DNA from: Promethearchaeota archaeon
GTDB lineage: Archaea; Asgardarchaeota; Lokiarchaeia; Sigyniarchaeales; SOKP01
Reading direction: 5' to 3'
Assembly: GCA_048940925.1 (NCBI GenBank)
Contig: JBHLOC010000002.1
Location: 1-64,000 of the forward strand
Length of the DNA: 64,000 nt
Shown: piece after piece, positions 19,533 through 29,621 of the stretch
Numbering within the stretch: position 1 is the first letter of the stretch
Layout: the number at the start of each line of letters is the position of its first letter
Translations under genes and position numbers: made by a program
The notes under the pieces: generated by a model
Database searches by the model: none
What the model was told of the DNA's origin: nothing
The model's input: only the letters and a program-made list of their open reading frames with translations

Positions 19533-21932
19533 TTGAAAGTAGGATTATTTATCTGCAATTGCGGTAAAAACATTTCGGGTACAATTGACACTGAAAAATT
19601 AATAGATTTTTATTCTAATAATCCAAAATATCCAGAAGTTTCTGTTATAGGAGATCAGTATTTATGTTCAGAATTAGGCCTTAATAAGATAATTGAGGCG
19701 ATAAAAGAAAAAAAAATAGATAGAGTCGTAATAGCTGCATGTTCCTTTAAACTGCATGGATTGTTATTTCGGAAAACAATTGAAAAAGCGGGTATTAATA
19801 GATTTTTAATATCTTTTGCTAATATAAGGGAACAAAATTCATGGGTCCATGTTGATGAACCAGAAAAAGCAACTAGAAAAGCAATAGATCAAATTAATAT
19901 GAGTATAGAGCAAGTAAAGTTATTAGAGCCCTTAGAAGTTCAATATTCTAAAGTTCTACCTTCTACCTTGATCGTTGGTGGTGGAATTGCGGGTATCAAA
20001 GCTGCTTTAGTTATTGCAGATGCTGGATATAAAGTCTATTTAGTCGAGAGAGAACCAACGATAGGGGGGCATATGGCTCTTTTTGATAAAACATTCCCAA
20101 CATTAGATTGTTCAATTTGTATCTTGGGTCCTCTGATGTCTGAGGTAAATGATAATCCACTTATAGAACTTCTAACATATTCTGAGTTAGAGAAGGTAGA
20201 AGGTTACATTGGAAATTTTGATGTAACAATAAAGAAGAATCCAAGATTTATTAAGGAAGATGATTGTGTAGGATGTGTTGATATTTGTCGAGAAGTCTGT
20301 CCTATTGATATAGAAGATACATTTTTTCCAAGAAAAGCAATTGATGTTCCTTATCCACAAGCTATTCCATTGTACCCAAACATTTTGGAAGAGTATTGTA
20401 TAGGTTGTAAAGCATGTGAAGTAGCTTGCGATAGGGATGCTATTGATTTCAATCAAGATTCTGAGATTATAGATATTCAGGTTGGTTCAATTATAGTTGC
20501 TACTGGTTTGAAAACATTTGATCCGTCTGTGTTAGGAGAATATAATTATCAAAAACATCCCGATATTATAACTTCAATGCAAATGGAAAGACTACTTAAT
20601 AATGATGGCCCTACCCGTGGAAAAATTATAAGACCTTCAAATGGTAAACCACCAAAAAAGGTTTCCTTTATCTTATGTGTAGGATCTCGCAATAAGCAAA
20701 TCCATCGTGAATATTGTAGTCAAGTGTGTTGCAATTCGTCAATTAAGCAAGCGGTTTTAATTAAAAAAGAACTTCCTGAAACTGAAATCAATATATATTA
20801 CAATGATATTAGAGCTATTGGGAAAAATTGTGAAGAATTTTATAACAGGGCACGAGAAACGTTTGGAATTAGATTTATTAAGAGTAATATTTCCGCAGTA
20901 TTAAAAAGTGACGTAAAAGATGAATTATTAGTTCGGGGAGAAGATATAATTGAAGACAAATTATTTGAAAACAAAACAGATTTAGTAATTTTGGCAGTTG
21001 GTATTGAACCTGCCGATGGTACTGATGAATTAAGTATATTGCTTAACATCTCCCAAGATCCTTATGGATTTTTATTAGAAAAACATTTAAAAGTAAAACC
21101 TTCTGAAAGTTCTGTCAATGGAATTTTCTTAGCTGGCGCTATACAAGGACCAAAAGATATACCGAGTAGCATTGCACAAGCTGAGAGTGCTGCTGCGAAA
21201 TCAATTTCTTTAATCGCTAAAGGTAAAGTTGAACTTGAACCTCATGTAGTACTTTTTTATCCTGATAAATGTAATCTCTGTAGGTTATGTGAGAATATTT
21301 GTATGTTCAATGCTTTAAGTATTAGAGATAATCATTTAAATATTACTCAAGTAAATTGTTCTGGATGTGGAGCTTGCGCTGCTATGTGTCCTGAAGATGC
21401 TCTTTATATTCCTGGATTTACTAAAGCACAAATATCTACCCAAATACAGACTGTATTAAAAGAAAAAGGAGAGTCTCCTTTAATTCTTGCGTTTTTATGT
21501 AATTGGTGTTCATATTTAGGAGCAGATTTAGCTGGAACTAGTAAATTGACCTATCCTACTAATGTAAGGATAATTCATGTGATGTGTACAGCTATGCTTA
21601 ATCCTTCCTTAATTTTTGAGAGCTTTTTTTATGGAGCTGATGGTGTTCTTATTGCGGGCTGTCATCCTCAAGATTGTCATTATAAAGAGGGATTTACCAA
21701 GGCTAGCATTAGGTATGAAAGTATTAAAAAGATGTTGATAGAAGCGGGGATAAACAACAAACGGTTAAAAATCGCAAGCATCTCTGCAGGAGAAGGTGAA
21801 AAATTTGCACAGACAATAACAGAATTTAAAGAAGAATTAAATATTTTAGGACCAATTCATCCAGATGAATATTCAAAATCTATCTCATATGAAGAAGAAG
21901 TGAAAGATAAAGCAAGATTAGATGAAATTTAA
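19533..21932 (+). CDS. hdrA: Heterodisulfide reductase subunit A fused to an MvhD-like domain
   Basis: IVGGGIAG FAD motif, DKTFPTLDC, ferredoxin motifs, YCSQVCC; C-terminal MvhD motifs FLCNWCSYLGADLAG and GCHPQDCHY. Confidence 0.9.
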   Translation: MKVGLFICNCGKNISGTIDTEKLIDFYSNNPKYPEVSVIGDQYLCSELGLNKIIEAIKEKKIDRVVIAACSFKLHGLLFRKTIEKAGINRFLISFANIREQNSWVHVDEPEKATRKAIDQINMSIEQVKLLEPLEVQYSKVLPSTLIVGGGIAGIKAALVIADAGYKVYLVEREPTIGGHMALFDKTFPTLDCSICILGPLMSEVNDNPLIELLTYSELEKVEGYIGNFDVTIKKNPRFIKEDDCVGCVDICREVCPIDIEDTFFPRKAIDVPYPQAIPLYPNILEEYCIGCKACEVACDRDAIDFNQDSEIIDIQVGSIIVATGLKTFDPSVLGEYNYQKHPDIITSMQMERLLNNDGPTRGKIIRPSNGKPPKKVSFILCVGSRNKQIHREYCSQVCCNSSIKQAVLIKKELPETEINIYYNDIRAIGKNCEEFYNRARETFGIRFIKSNISAVLKSDVKDELLVRGEDIIEDKLFENKTDLVILAVGIEPADGTDELSILLNISQDPYGFLLEKHLKVKPSESSVNGIFLAGAIQGPKDIPSSIAQAESAAAKSISLIAKGKVELEPHVVLFYPDKCNLCRLCENICMFNALSIRDNHLNITQVNCSGCGACAAMCPEDALYIPGFTKAQISTQIQTVLKEKGESPLILAFLCNWCSYLGADLAGTSKLTYPTNVRIIHVMCTAMLNPSLIFESFFYGADGVLIAGCHPQDCHYKEGFTKASIRYESIKKMLIEAGINNKRLKIASISAGEGEKFAQTITEFKEELNILGPIHPDEYSKSISYEEEVKDKARLDEI

Positions 21933-22083
21933 AATCTTAAGATATGAAAATGTTAAGATAATTTCAATATCTATTGCATATGAATATAATTTTTTTATTG
22001 GTATTTCTCTTATTATTTTTATTAATGGAGATTATTATAAATATATCTAATTAGAATTCAAAATATCTAATAGTGAGTTTTTT

Positions 22084-23370
22084 ATGAAGGTCCGCGCGAT
22101 TACCATTGGGAATATAATACCGTTCTTATATAAAAATGAAACTATTTTATCTTTCTTACAAGAAAATCTGCAAAATTTCTCCACTTTAAATAAAGAATTA
22201 ATTGATATGTTAGATCAAATTGGAATAGACGTTGAAACAAAACGGTTTTGCTCCCAACCACTTTTTAGTTATGATAATAAACTTTTTTATGAAAAAAATT
22301 TAAAAGATACTCTTGTAGATATTAGTGATCAGTTGCGTTTTTTACAAGACATTCTCAAAGATTACAATTTTGATTATTTTGCATGTTGTATAATGCGAGG
22401 AGATCAAATTCAGGAGTTAGGGATTTTTGAAAAGTTATTATTAAGTGAGGTTTCAAATTTTATAAAAAATACAGATATCTTTTTCACTTCATTACCCGTT
22501 GCCTCTACAAAAGAGGGAATTAATATAACAGCTTTAAAATCTAGTGCTAAAATAATAAAACAACTTTCTGAACCAGATCCGTTTAAAAATTTAAATTTTT
22601 GTATATCTGCTAATGTAGGTCCGAATTTTCCCTTTTTCCCTGCAGCCTATCATTTTTCAGATAAACCTGCTTTTTCTCTTGCTTTAGAGATGGCAGATGA
22701 AGTAATAGACGCTATAGAAAACTCAAATAGTCTAAAGGATGCTCAATTTAACTTATTGGCAAGATTTAATAAAATATATGACGATATAGCAAAAACATGC
22801 GAGAAAATTGGACGTAATTATAATGTAGAGTTTAAAGGAATAGATCTTTCTCCTGCTCCTTTTCCTGAAATACAAAAAAGTATTGGAACTGCTATAGAAA
22901 AATTAGGTTTCGAGTATTTTGGAGCAGTTGGTACGCTTTCTGGAGTTGCTTTAATAAAAAACACAATACCCGTCGATAAAGAAAAAGTTTTAGGATTTTC
23001 TGGTTTTATGCAACCTGTACTAGAAGATTCCATTTTATCTAAAAGATTATCTGAAAATAAATTTAATTTAGATTCTCTTTTATTATATTCTACAATGTGC
23101 GGCGCTGGTCTTGATGTTGTACCTTTACCAGGTGATATAACTGAACAAGAATTGTTTTATATTTTATTGGACCTTTGCACTATTTCTGTTACTTTAAATA
23201 AGCCATTAACTGCCAGATTAATGCCAATACCTGGAAGAAGTATTGGTGATGATGTTGAATTTGATTTTGAGTATTTTGCACCATCAAAAATAATTAATTT
23301 TCGAAGATTAACTGGAGAAAATAAAAAAGATTTGTTTAATAGCAATGAAAAGACAATAAAATTCTTCTGA
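22084..23370 (+). CDS. DUF711 family protein
   Basis: 'MKVRAITIG', 'GIDLSPAP', 'GFSGFMQPVLED', 'YSTMCGAGLDVVPLPGD', 'KPLTARLMP'. Confidence 0.8.
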   Translation: MKVRAITIGNIIPFLYKNETILSFLQENLQNFSTLNKELIDMLDQIGIDVETKRFCSQPLFSYDNKLFYEKNLKDTLVDISDQLRFLQDILKDYNFDYFACCIMRGDQIQELGIFEKLLLSEVSNFIKNTDIFFTSLPVASTKEGINITALKSSAKIIKQLSEPDPFKNLNFCISANVGPNFPFFPAAYHFSDKPAFSLALEMADEVIDAIENSNSLKDAQFNLLARFNKIYDDIAKTCEKIGRNYNVEFKGIDLSPAPFPEIQKSIGTAIEKLGFEYFGAVGTLSGVALIKNTIPVDKEKVLGFSGFMQPVLEDSILSKRLSENKFNLDSLLLYSTMCGAGLDVVPLPGDITEQELFYILLDLCTISVTLNKPLTARLMPIPGRSIGDDVEFDFEYFAPSKIINFRRLTGENKKDLFNSNEKTIKFF

Positions 23371-23420
23371 TAAAATTTTTTAATTGATCTATCTAAATAT
23401 CTTGTGAAGAGTTTATAATT

Positions 23421-23891
23421 TTGAAAAAAAAATCAATTATAATAATGAATAATAGTAGAGAATTCAAAAGTTTAAAATTCTTTAACGAAGCTGCTGAATA
23501 TCTTGAGAAATTCAATACAAAAGATATTGTACTAGATAAAGAATTGAGAGAAGATAAACCTAATGCAAATTATCTGAGAGATGAGATGCTAATTGAATTA
23601 AATAATCTGAGGAATATTATAGCAAACAATCCAGATTTAAAAATAGAATCATTAACCAAGGAGGAAAAGGAAATTTTTTTTGAATTTGTTAAGTTCTATC
23701 GCTTATGTCCAATATGTGGAAATCAAAACCATTATTTTAATCTAAAGCAGATATTCTTTAACAAAGAAAAAAGAATTCTTAAACAAGAGTTAATTAGATT
23801 AATGAACTATAAAAATACCAAGTTGAAAAACTACAATCTCAATTTGGGAGTTCCTTGTTGTGATTGTTATAAAAAAATGATAGTTGATTAA
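23421..23891 (+). CDS. Hypothetical zinc-binding protein
   Basis: CPICG ... PCCDC. Confidence 0.6.
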   Translation: MKKKSIIIMNNSREFKSLKFFNEAAEYLEKFNTKDIVLDKELREDKPNANYLRDEMLIELNNLRNIIANNPDLKIESLTKEEKEIFFEFVKFYRLCPICGNQNHYFNLKQIFFNKEKRILKQELIRLMNYKNTKLKNYNLNLGVPCCDCYKKMIVD

Positions 23892-23900
23892 AGAGTAACA

Positions 23901-24236
23901 CTATTCTCCCAGATAATCAACTACCTGTCCACTTTGAGTGATTTCGTAATAAATTATATTTTCATTCTCAATTTTTTTAATACAAAAAGCTTTGATTAAG
24001 TAATCCATATTATAGTCAAATGTATGCTCATCATTTATTATTTTATTATCTAATAAATAGTTTAACAATTGTTCCCTGGAAATTTTCTTAGTCTTATTAA
24101 CATGTAATAATATTTCGCGTCGAATAGGATGATTTACTGCTTTAAGATATAAGGAGTGTAAATATTTTGTACCTTCTACTGTTTTTCCATACTCTTCCAT
24201 TGACTTATAATTTTTAAAATCGAATTCATCTGGCAT
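23901..24236 (-). CDS. Winged-helix (ArsR-like) protein
   Basis: 'KAVNHPIRREIL' and 'YYEITQSG' wHTH signature. Confidence 0.7.
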   Translation of the reverse strand: MPDEFDFKNYKSMEEYGKTVEGTKYLHSLYLKAVNHPIRREILLHVNKTKKISREQLLNYLLDNKIINDEHTFDYNMDYLIKAFCIKKIENENIIYYEITQSGQVVDYLGE

Positions 24237-24357
24237 AGATATGTAAAATCCTCTTTTAAAAAAAATTTTCCTTTAAAGTGTAAGTAGTTATTATATATTA
24301 GTATTGAATTTTATATGAATCTCCTTATAATTAAAAATAATAAGAAGATGATAATTG

Positions 24358-24664
24358 ATGGAAAAGACATGCAAAATTAACAAGAGACATTTCAAATCAT
24401 TTGGATGGTGAATAGAAAGACTTTTTGAAAAATAAAGAAAAAGTAGCTAACAAAATTAAAAGTTTGTTGAGAAATATATCCACTCTTGAACGAAATAATA
24501 AATTTGGCACAAAATGATTAACGATCAAGCTAAAGACTTCAGGAATAGAGAAAAAAAGAATTTCATTAAAATTAGAAGGTACTAATTCCGATGTGAATTC
24601 TAACAATTTTCATCTTCTTTCTGAACTTTTAAATGAATTTTTTAAAGTTAATCAAGACCAGTAA
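24358..24664 (+). pseudogene. Degenerate coding remnant of unknown function
   Basis: Single frame reading WKRHAKLTRDISNHLDGE*KDFLKN...GTK*LTIKLKTSG...NQDQ* with two internal stops. Confidence 0.3.
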
Positions 24665-24782
24665 AAAATTTATTTTTATTCGGATATCATCAGAATTCAT
24701 GAGTAAGTCCTATAAAACAAAAATATATTATTTTATGACTCTTATTTTTTCATTAAACTAAATATAAAATTAATATAATCTG

Positions 24783-25856
24783 ATGAGTTATAAAATGAAT
24801 TTTGAAGAAATTAAAAATATACTTGGATCTGAAGCGGATAATCTATTAAATCACAAATGTACAGGAATTCCAAGAGAGTTGATACATCTCCCTGGTCCAG
24901 ATTTCATTGAGAGAGTAATGGAACATTCCGATCGAAGTAATATGGTTTTAAATAACATGGAAAGACTATTTAATCAACGAGGACGTTTAGCAGGAACAGG
25001 ATACCTTTCAATATTACCTGTAGACCAAGGTATTGAACATTCTGCATCTGCTAGTTTTGCTGTAAACCCTTTATACTTTGATCCTGAAAATATTGTGAAA
25101 TTAGCAATTGAAGGGGGATGTAATGGATTTGTATCTACATTAGGGGTTTTAGGCTCAATTTCACGGCGATATGCACGAAAAATACCATTTATTGTAAAAA
25201 TAAATCATAATGAATTATTAACTAAACCGGCTCTTTCAGATCAGACATTATTTGCAAATGTAGAGCAAGCATGGTCAATGGGTGCCGCAGGGGTAGGTGC
25301 AACAATATATTTCGGATCTGAAGAATCTAGACGACAAATTCAAGAAATAAGTGAATCTTTTAGATATGCCCACGAGTTAGGTTTAGTTTGTGTGCTTTGG
25401 TGTTACTTAAGGAATAAAGAGGAGTTTATTAAAGACGGAAAAGATTATCATACTGCTTGTGATCTTGAAAGCCAAGCAAATCATCTGGGAGTAACTATTG
25501 AAGCAGATATAATTAAGCAAAAAATAGCTACTTTAAATCGAGGTTTTCTTGATTTAAATTTTGGGAGAACGGATAATTTAGTCTATGAAAAATTAGCTCC
25601 AGATAATGAAATTGATTGGAATAGATATCAAGTCGCTAATTGCTATATGGGAAGAATAGGATTAATTAATTCTGGAGGGGAGTCTGGTGGGAATGATCTA
25701 CAGGATGCAGTAAAATCAGCAGTTATTAATAAGCGTTCGGGTGGAATGGGTCTAATATTAGGAAGAAAGGCATTTAAAAGACCTACTCCTGAAGGAATTA
25801 AAATCTTAAATGCTGTCCAAGATGTGTATTTATGTAAGGAAATTACAATAGCATAA
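24783..25856 (+). CDS. fbaB: Class I fructose-bisphosphate aldolase (DhnA/FbaB)
   Basis: '[17 protein letters not shown]', 'ADIIKQK', '[12 protein letters not shown]'. Confidence 0.93.
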   Translation: MSYKMNFEEIKNILGSEADNLLNHKCTGIPRELIHLPGPDFIERVMEHSDRSNMVLNNMERLFNQRGRLAGTGYLSILPVDQGIEHSASASFAVNPLYFDPENIVKLAIEGGCNGFVSTLGVLGSISRRYARKIPFIVKINHNELLTKPALSDQTLFANVEQAWSMGAAGVGATIYFGSEESRRQIQEISESFRYAHELGLVCVLWCYLRNKEEFIKDGKDYHTACDLESQANHLGVTIEADIIKQKIATLNRGFLDLNFGRTDNLVYEKLAPDNEIDWNRYQVANCYMGRIGLINSGGESGGNDLQDAVKSAVINKRSGGMGLILGRKAFKRPTPEGIKILNAVQDVYLCKEITIA

Positions 25857-25962
25857 AAAAATTTTAATATCTTTTTTTTCATTATTTTATCTCAAGTAAA
25901 TTAAAATTAAAAATATTAAATGCATTATTCAACTAAACAAATAATTATTTCTTACGATTATT

Positions 25963-26526
25963 ATGGGAAAAGATAAAAGAATAAGAGTAGATCCTAATCT
26001 CAATCCTTATAGAGTAGGAAAGGCAGCACCTCCTCAAAAAAGTGGTTTCATTGATTTTAATACTCAAAGGGTATGTCCTAGTTGTGGAAAAGCAATTCAG
26101 ATGTCATATAATTTCTGTAAATATTGTGGAGTAGATTTAAGTGCAATAGAACCCATTGGAATGGATGAAATATCGAAACAATTAGCAATAACAGCTGTTA
26201 CTGATCCTAGCCCTGAAGTGAGAAGAGAAGCTGTGGATACCTTAGGAGATTTTGGGGATACTAAAGTATTAGGCGTATTAACTTATGTTATGCTAAATGA
26301 TCCTGATGAAAATGTTAGAAGAGAAGCCACAGATGAATTAGGTGATCTTCATCACCCTTATAGTATGGATGCCTTATCTAAAGCCTTAAAAGATGAAAGT
26401 CCACTTGTAAGGAAAGAAGCTATTGAGGGTTTAAAAAAAATAAAAAAGAAGATAAAACCCAAAGAAGAAATTAAGGGAAAACCTGAAGAAAGAGGAGAAC
26501 CAAAAGAAAATAATACTGAAATCTAA
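25963..26526 (+). CDS. Zinc-ribbon + HEAT-repeat protein
   Basis: CPSCG/FCKYCG followed by 'DP..VRREA...LG' repeats. Confidence 0.8.
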   Translation: MGKDKRIRVDPNLNPYRVGKAAPPQKSGFIDFNTQRVCPSCGKAIQMSYNFCKYCGVDLSAIEPIGMDEISKQLAITAVTDPSPEVRREAVDTLGDFGDTKVLGVLTYVMLNDPDENVRREATDELGDLHHPYSMDALSKALKDESPLVRKEAIEGLKKIKKKIKPKEEIKGKPEERGEPKENNTEI

Positions 26527-26571
26527 ATTTATTTTAACTTTTATTTTAATATGTTTTTGAGTCCTATCTAA

Positions 26572-27639
26572 TCAATCTTCTTTGCTAGGAATTTTAGGTA
26601 ATTGCTTTCTATTCGTAGTTTTGGTTGGCGTATTTTTTTCTTCTTTTGAAGGTGATTTTGATTTCATTGAAGCAGGCTTAGGAGGCATTGGTGTCATTGA
26701 AGATTCGTTTTTAGGTGTTGATTTTGTTGTTGCTGGCTTTTTTTTTGGTGCTGATTTCTTAGTTGCTGGTTTTTTCTTAGGAGCTGGTTCTGTCGTTTGC
26801 TTTTCTTTCTTTGCTAATACTTCTATAGCTTCAACAATTCCATTTTTATCATCAAAATATACTCTTAGAATGTGATTATCTAATTCTATCATGGTTTTTG
26901 GTAATTTCTTTACAGGTTCCCATTCAGTTTCTTCTAAATCTTCTTCAAAGACTTTAGCACTTTTAGAGATAGCAGCAAAAAGAGTATGTCCCAAAATTAA
27001 ATTTAATCGCTTTAAATTTTCAGGAACTTCTGTTTTTAGAATCTTTTCTTTGATTTTATCTTGTTGTTCCTTTGATAAACCCACCGAAAGTAAGTTTATC
27101 GGAAATTTTTGATATTGTATCTTAGCTTTCGGATTAAGTCCCTCCGAAGTAATAGATGACATTATCACTTTTTCACCGGTATCTTGTAATGCAGGGGAAA
27201 AATATTCTTCTTTAGCTTCTTTTTGGTCCCTTGCAATGATGGCAGATTTCGATACTATTCCTCTATCTCGGTCAATGTTACGTACATATCGCATATCTTC
27301 GAGTCTCTCAGTCACTTCCATTGATTCTAGTTGAAATGCATCTAAAAATTCTATTGGTTCATCTCCTGCATCAACCGATACTATTTTACATCGATGATAT
27401 CTCACATCTTTTCTGAGTTCTACTTGAAGAACTTGAGCAACTCTAGAGCTAATAAATCTTTTCCGAACAGGACTTTTTCCACCTTTCCAAATAAAAATTC
27501 GTCTTAAATCTTCTCGAACTATTACAAGAACTTGTTCTGGGTGTAATTTAGCCTCAAGTTCTTCCTGTGTTATATTTAACTGTTTCTTTTCTCCAGAATC
27601 ATCCAATTCATAGACCAGAAACGTTTCAATTTCAGTCAT
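26572..27639 (-). CDS. Gelsolin-like domain protein with Pro/Lys-rich tail
   Basis: 'LHPEQVLVIVREDLRRIFIWKGGKSPVRKRFISSRVA...VDAGDEPIEFL' matches the gelsolin-repeat pattern; tail has two APKKKPAT copies. Confidence 0.7.
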   Translation of the reverse strand: MTEIETFLVYELDDSGEKKQLNITQEELEAKLHPEQVLVIVREDLRRIFIWKGGKSPVRKRFISSRVAQVLQVELRKDVRYHRCKIVSVDAGDEPIEFLDAFQLESMEVTERLEDMRYVRNIDRDRGIVSKSAIIARDQKEAKEEYFSPALQDTGEKVIMSSITSEGLNPKAKIQYQKFPINLLSVGLSKEQQDKIKEKILKTEVPENLKRLNLILGHTLFAAISKSAKVFEEDLEETEWEPVKKLPKTMIELDNHILRVYFDDKNGIVEAIEVLAKKEKQTTEPAPKKKPATKKSAPKKKPATTKSTPKNESSMTPMPPKPASMKSKSPSKEEKNTPTKTTNRKQLPKIPSKED

Positions 27640-27873
27640 TTTTATTCAAGGAAAATACTTCAGACAATATAAATTCTTTAAGAAATAAATTTAAATTTTT
27701 ATAAAATAACTCGAATTTTCTTTTCAAACATTCTTTTTTAAAGAAGATATTAAATTACGTTAATAAAAATATTTTGGAAAATAAATTTTAAAAAAAATAA
27801 TTAGAAATTATACAGATTTCAATCCATTAATTTATTCATAAGTTTCCTGTACATTTCCTAATGATTTAGTACT

Positions 27874-28590
27874 TTAACGATCATGAAGAACATTATCAAT
27901 TGAAAGAACAAAACCTAAAAGAATTCTTCTGTCTGTTACGTTATCTAGAATTCGTAGCGCATAAGTGTCTTTAAAATCAAACAATCCTCCAAGAAAAACA
28001 TCTCTCCATCTATCGGCTTTCTCGATTTCAGCAATAACATTTCCCGTTGTTACATCATAAACTTTGAAACTAAAACCCATGAATTTACCTTGAGCCCTAA
28101 ACCATTGATTCCCCTCAGGATCTTCAAGATAAAATACAGGTCTGAATAATGAAAGGATTTTTTTCTTAATTCTGGCTATCATTTGGCCATCTGGTGTTTT
28201 TAAATCTTGTGCTCCTCTCGCTGAAATAATTTTTGAGTGAATAGTGGCAACTACAGTACCGTCAAGTTCTCGTAATTCAACTCTACGCCTGATGCTTAAG
28301 ATTATTCTCTTCATTCTTCCAATCGGTTGATTCTTCTCGTCTAAAATGTCACCAGAACCCCAATCCCAGTATTTTTCTTTTAATATGTAATAGTTCCGGT
28401 TAATATCGAATAAACCACCTGCTCTACTATATGGTTGCATTGTTGTCGCTGGCCCACTTGTTGCAGGGGCAGTTGAAGCAGGTACACCTTGTCGCACACT
28501 AGCAGGTATTGGTGAACCGCATTTTTCGCAGAAGTTTTGAGACAAATCTTTTATTTCCGCTCCACAATTATTACAAAATCTTTTTGACAT
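27874..28590 (-). CDS. Zinc-ribbon + LURP-one/scramblase-like (tubby C-terminal-like) protein
   Basis: FCNNCG/FCEKCG, Ala/Pro/Thr linker, repeated beta motifs and C-terminal 'DTYALRI...RRILLGFVLSID'. Confidence 0.75.
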   Translation of the reverse strand: MSKRFCNNCGAEIKDLSQNFCEKCGSPIPASVRQGVPASTAPATSGPATTMQPYSRAGGLFDINRNYYILKEKYWDWGSGDILDEKNQPIGRMKRIILSIRRRVELRELDGTVVATIHSKIISARGAQDLKTPDGQMIARIKKKILSLFRPVFYLEDPEGNQWFRAQGKFMGFSFKVYDVTTGNVIAEIEKADRWRDVFLGGLFDFKDTYALRILDNVTDRRILLGFVLSIDNVLHDR

Positions 28591-28782
28591 CTTATTTACC
28601 TAAATTAACTTTTGTGGTATTAATAGATAAAGACTCTAATAAAGTTTATTACAAGTATGTTATTATTAAGCTAAAAATGTTTACTTGCTGTTATAAAGTT
28701 TAGGATACAACAAATATATTTTTTTCCTCATGGAAATGTTTTAATTGAATAAGGGTTAATTAATATTAAAAATAAAAATAGG

Positions 28783-29544
28783 TTGAAAAGAGTAATGTCT
28801 TCAATTCCTAAGCTCCTCAAACTAAAAGATTATGTAACTCTTATAGGCACTTCTTTAGGGATTATTGCCTTAATTTGTGCTTGTATAGGGAGGCATGAAT
28901 TTCTATCCTTAGGTTTTTTTTTAATTTCAATTGCCCTTGGTATTGACTTAGTAGATGGTTATATCGCTCGCAAAACAAATACAGTAAATGAAATTGGAAG
29001 AGAATTAGATTCATTAAGTGACTCTTTAACTTTCGGGATCACTCCTGCAATTTTAACTTTTCAAGCATTTAAAATAGGGGGAATTTTTGATATATTTATT
29101 ATTATTGGAGCAATATGTTTTGCATTTGGAGCAATTCTACGCTTAGCAAGATTTAATATTTCTGAGGATTCAGGATATACAGGAGTTCCGACTCCTGTTA
29201 GTGCTTTATTAATACTTACCTATTTCTATGCGAACTATTTCTACTCATTTGCGATGGGTGATTTTCTAGAAATAGCATCTTATTTAGTACCATTTATAAT
29301 GATTTTTATCGGATGGTTTAACATTACAACTTACATAAGTTTTGGTGAAAAAGATAAAACCACATACTTAACTTTTATAATTTTTGCCCCGCTATGTCCT
29401 ATTTTTGGAATAATTGGCATTTTAAATCCTAATTTCCTTACTTCAATTATAGTATCTATTTTCTTCTTATGCTCGTTTTTGTTAGGAATTATAATTATTA
29501 TTAGGGGTTTTTTAATTCATTTTAAAAAAAAGCGCAAGGCTTAA
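28783..29544 (+). CDS. CDP-alcohol phosphatidyltransferase (PssA/archaetidylserine synthase-like)
   Basis: DLVDGYIARK...GRELDSLSD motif; LRLARFN; GVPTP. Confidence 0.85.
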   Translation: MKRVMSSIPKLLKLKDYVTLIGTSLGIIALICACIGRHEFLSLGFFLISIALGIDLVDGYIARKTNTVNEIGRELDSLSDSLTFGITPAILTFQAFKIGGIFDIFIIIGAICFAFGAILRLARFNISEDSGYTGVPTPVSALLILTYFYANYFYSFAMGDFLEIASYLVPFIMIFIGWFNITTYISFGEKDKTTYLTFIIFAPLCPIFGIIGILNPNFLTSIIVSIFFLCSFLLGIIIIIRGFLIHFKKKRKA

Positions 29545-29621
29545 ATCTTAAATTAATTGTCTTAAATAAAGCTCATTAAAATAAATAGAACAATATCATA
29601 TATAATAAGCCAAATTACTTT

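Noticed and set aside
19533-21932. Selenocysteine recoding in hdrA/mvhD or hdrBC
   Set aside because: No in-frame TGA; all ligand positions are Cys
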